Source: the human T2T-CHM13v2.0 reference genome, Homo sapiens. Taken from it: DNA of 64,000 nucleotides. Each line of letters opens with the position of its first letter. Positions within the stretch are counted from its first letter, which is position 1. Made by a program: the position numbers and the translations under genes. Below the pieces are notes generated by a model. That model saw only the letters and a program-made list of their open reading frames with translations. It did not search any database and had not been told where the DNA came from. Where the stretch lies: NCBI RefSeq assembly GCF_009914755.1, contig NC_060927.1; one strand, given 5' to 3'. Below, in pieces: positions 60,261-64,000 of this stretch.

Positions 60261-62393
60261 AGTCTCAAGATAGCTGGAGAGATAAACTCCCAGATGTAAT
60301 TGAAAGGCATGGAATGACACTAAGTGACAAAATTTCAATTGATTAGCATAGAGGTGAGAGCACATGGCAGCATACAGTGGGAGGCCAAGCCCTCAGTGGA
60401 TGGGCTTCCCACAAAGTATAACACCAGATAGCAGGAACCTGGAGGCCAAGCTGGGACACTTACTATATCACCAATTGAAGGCAAACCAGAGGTTACTACA
60501 GTGTCACCGAAGGCAGATTTTAATCTATAACAAGAGGCTTCTCCAAAGCAAGAAATGTGGATGAGTGATGATTGTGATTCCTGGATCATTTTTTAATAGT
60601 CTCATAAAAGATTGTGCCTCACACCCTTACTTCCAAAAAGCATCCAGGCATCTCAGTGCATTTAATGGGCCAAAATAGAGACTATATTCACCTGTGTGGA
60701 GATGAAGACGGGGACATGAAAGCTGCTAAATGACTGCCTGAATGTGTATTTACTTATGTGAAAATAAAAGGGGCTCAGCTCATGCAGAAAGCTCCTAAAT
60801 CTACCTGGGAAAACAAAGTCCTACTTGAAAAGAAGAAGGAGAAGGAGGAGGAGGAGGAGGAGGAGAAGAAGAGATAAATTGTATATAAAGTGTCCTCTGA
60901 CTACCAGTTTCTTTATCACTATTCAGTTGCTTTTCTGAAGTTTCAAAAAATAACCTACTGCTTCTGTTTGAAAGGACTGGAGTTTAGGTATTGGGGCCAT
61001 GCGGTATAGTTTATGTCTATATCATCAGCACAACTAAATAGTTCCCATGTCTTTTTACAGTTTGCCAAAGCCACTGATAGAAGAGAAAAGAAGCGAAGGG
61101 GAGAAGGTGGGGGGAAAGGAGTCCAGAGAGGGAAGATAATAAACTGTTTTGTTTGTTTGTTTTAGTAAAGAAAAGAGAGGAAAGGGGAAGGAGAGGAAAA
61201 GGGTGTGCTATAATAACCTCATTTTTAATAAACAGAAATTCATATTCACACCCAACCTTGGCTTCATCCTGATCCGAAGGGCTAACATGACTTCCTCACC
61301 TGGCTTCCAGGAGACCACCTTTGGTTCCCCTCCTACTTCACAGGTGGCTGCTGCTCATCTCCTTCCCTGGTTTCTCCTCTTCTCCCTTTCATGTTTCAGT
61401 ACCCTGGGGCTCAGACCTTGGTCCTCTTCTATTCTCCATCAGTGCTTATTCCCTTGGTGATCTCTTTAGATCTCACGGCTTTAAATATCTATAGACCCTT
61501 GATTCCTGAAATGGTATCTCTAGCTCTGACTTCTCCCTGGACTCCTGGACTCATATATACCTAATTTCCTGCGGAATCCTTTCCCTTGGTGGTCTCACAG
61601 CCATCTCAAACATAACATGTTCAAAGCTAGCTTGTAATCTGACCCCAAGGCCTGCTCCTCTCACAGCCTTCTCTGTCTCAATCAGTGACATCAGGTATAA
61701 AAGTCATTTTTGACTCCTCTCTTTTGCTCACACCATGTATACAATTGATCAGTCAGGAAATGCTATTGTTTCTACCTTTGAATTGACACAGAATCAAACC
61801 AGTGTCTACCAACTCCACTACCACTACCTGATCAGAGAGCACTGCCATCCCTTGCTTGGATTATGGTCTCTTGTGTCAGTTTGGGTTTTGAGGAGCAGAC
61901 ATTCTGAGATCAGATGTGCCAGAGATTTGTGGGGGTTGGGAGGACGCCTGTGAAAGATGAGTGGGGGGAGCAGGAGTGGGCAGGGAGAAACTTCAGACTG
62001 CAGCTCAAGTTTGATGTCTGAGAGACAGACAAGGGAGGAGGATTGGATAGGAAGAACCTCAGACTGCAGTGCAGCTGTCGGAGTCTCAGCCAGGTCACTG
62101 GAGAGTCCCTGAGCCAAAGTTTCCTATTAGAAGAATCCCATATGCTTCAGGAATGGGCCAGCACTAGAACCCACACACACTGTGCAGGGCAGGCATGATC
62201 TTGGCATGTGGATGAATGCAGTGGGGAATCCAGAGAGGTGGAAGCCGGGATCTTTAGTCCACTGTGCTCCCTGTAGCAGGAGGTCTTCCTGCTTCTCCCA
62301 TCTCCCCTACATTCCATTCTCCACACAACAGCTCCCATTTCTTCAGAGTGAAGCGCATATCCTCCCTGTGCCTACAAGACTCCCCTTCAGTCC

Positions 62394-62973
<580 letters not shown>

Positions 62974-62974
62974 C

Positions 62975-63460
62975 CCCCTTCACTTCTATGATCCCACCTC
63001 TACCTGGCCTCTCACCCTCTCCTTTCCAGTCCCATCCTCATCCTTGCTACTCCTCAATCTCTGTGCTGGCTGTTTCCCATGCTCAGAATACTCTTTCCCA
63101 TATATCTGCTTGTGTCACTCCCTTGCCACCTTCAAATCTCTGCCACCTCTCACCTCAATGACAACTATCGTGATCACTCTGTTTAAAACTGCAACCTCCT
63201 TCCCCTGTACCCTGTGACTTCCCATAGCCCTCATGGTGTCTACTTTTTCTTTATATTTTCCCTGGCACATAGCACTTGCTCACATGCTACATAATGTACT
63301 TATTTATTATAGTTGTTGCTTCGTGTCTGTCTCCCCACCCCCACCATAGAAGGTAAAACTCCATGAGTCCGTATCCATTTGCTTACTACTAGATCTCAAG
63401 CAGTTAGCACAGTGCCTGGACATATTAGGTGCTCAATAATTATCAGTTGGACCATCAAAT
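62975..63460 (+). mobile_element. L2 3' fragment (related pieces at ~61300-61860)
   Basis: Ends gcacagtgcctggacatattaggtgctcaataa, typical of the L2 3' end. Confidence 0.75.
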
Positions 63461-63544
63461 AAATTTGTAAAGCAGGCTTTGTTTGTTTTTGGTTTACATG
63501 ATGACATTTTGAAAAAATTTAAATATAAATTAACATTCTTTCTA

Positions 63545-63709
<165 letters not shown>

Positions 63710-64000
63710 TCAGTCCTGCAGCTGCACTGCACATCTCCACAAAAGCCACAAGTAAGCTCAGCCTGAGGCCTGTGACTTCCAAGGTGAAATCGACAGCCTC
63801 ACCTTTCCAGCCCCACCTTTATCTTAGGATCTGGCAATACCACTGTTCTTGCTATGAACTGCAGAGGAGGCTGTTCTCAGTTCACCTTCATACGTGGACA
63901 CAGATGAAGACTCCTTGAAATAGTTCATGTAGTTGTGGCTACATCCATGAATAATAGAAGTCCTCTCAAATATTTACTGAGTGGCTGACAAGTTCCATGC

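Noticed and set aside
60830-61210. Purine-rich (GAG/GAA)n tracts as acidic coding sequence
   Set aside because: Simple low-complexity intronic repeats with no exon structure.

Overview
Primate (very likely human) genomic DNA containing the central part of SCN11A, the TTX-resistant voltage-gated sodium channel Nav1.9 alpha subunit, on the minus strand. I located 20 consecutive coding exons by reading splice junctions: coding exons 5-24 in the 26-coding-exon numbering (recalled), from 63674 down to 1413. They join into one open 3439-nt frame running from DI S3-S4 to the DIII-DIV IFM inactivation gate; start and stop codons lie outside the window. The introns hold Alu, L1, L2, MIR, LTR and DNA-transposon fossils plus a 31-bp minisatellite. 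Most long ORFs in the supplied track are repeat artefacts. I see no new standalone gene system. The most interesting signals are: a non-canonical U2-type AT-AC intron with a frame-preserving GT-AG 'shadow' pair; an apparent decayed duplicate of exon 12 with an intact acceptor; and a series of locally copied segments of different ages (two inverted duplications, an 89-bp direct repeat bracketing exons 20-21, a perfect 58-bp tandem duplication and a fold-back hairpin). Repeat subfamily names come from recalled consensus sequences, and boundaries of old repeats are approximate.
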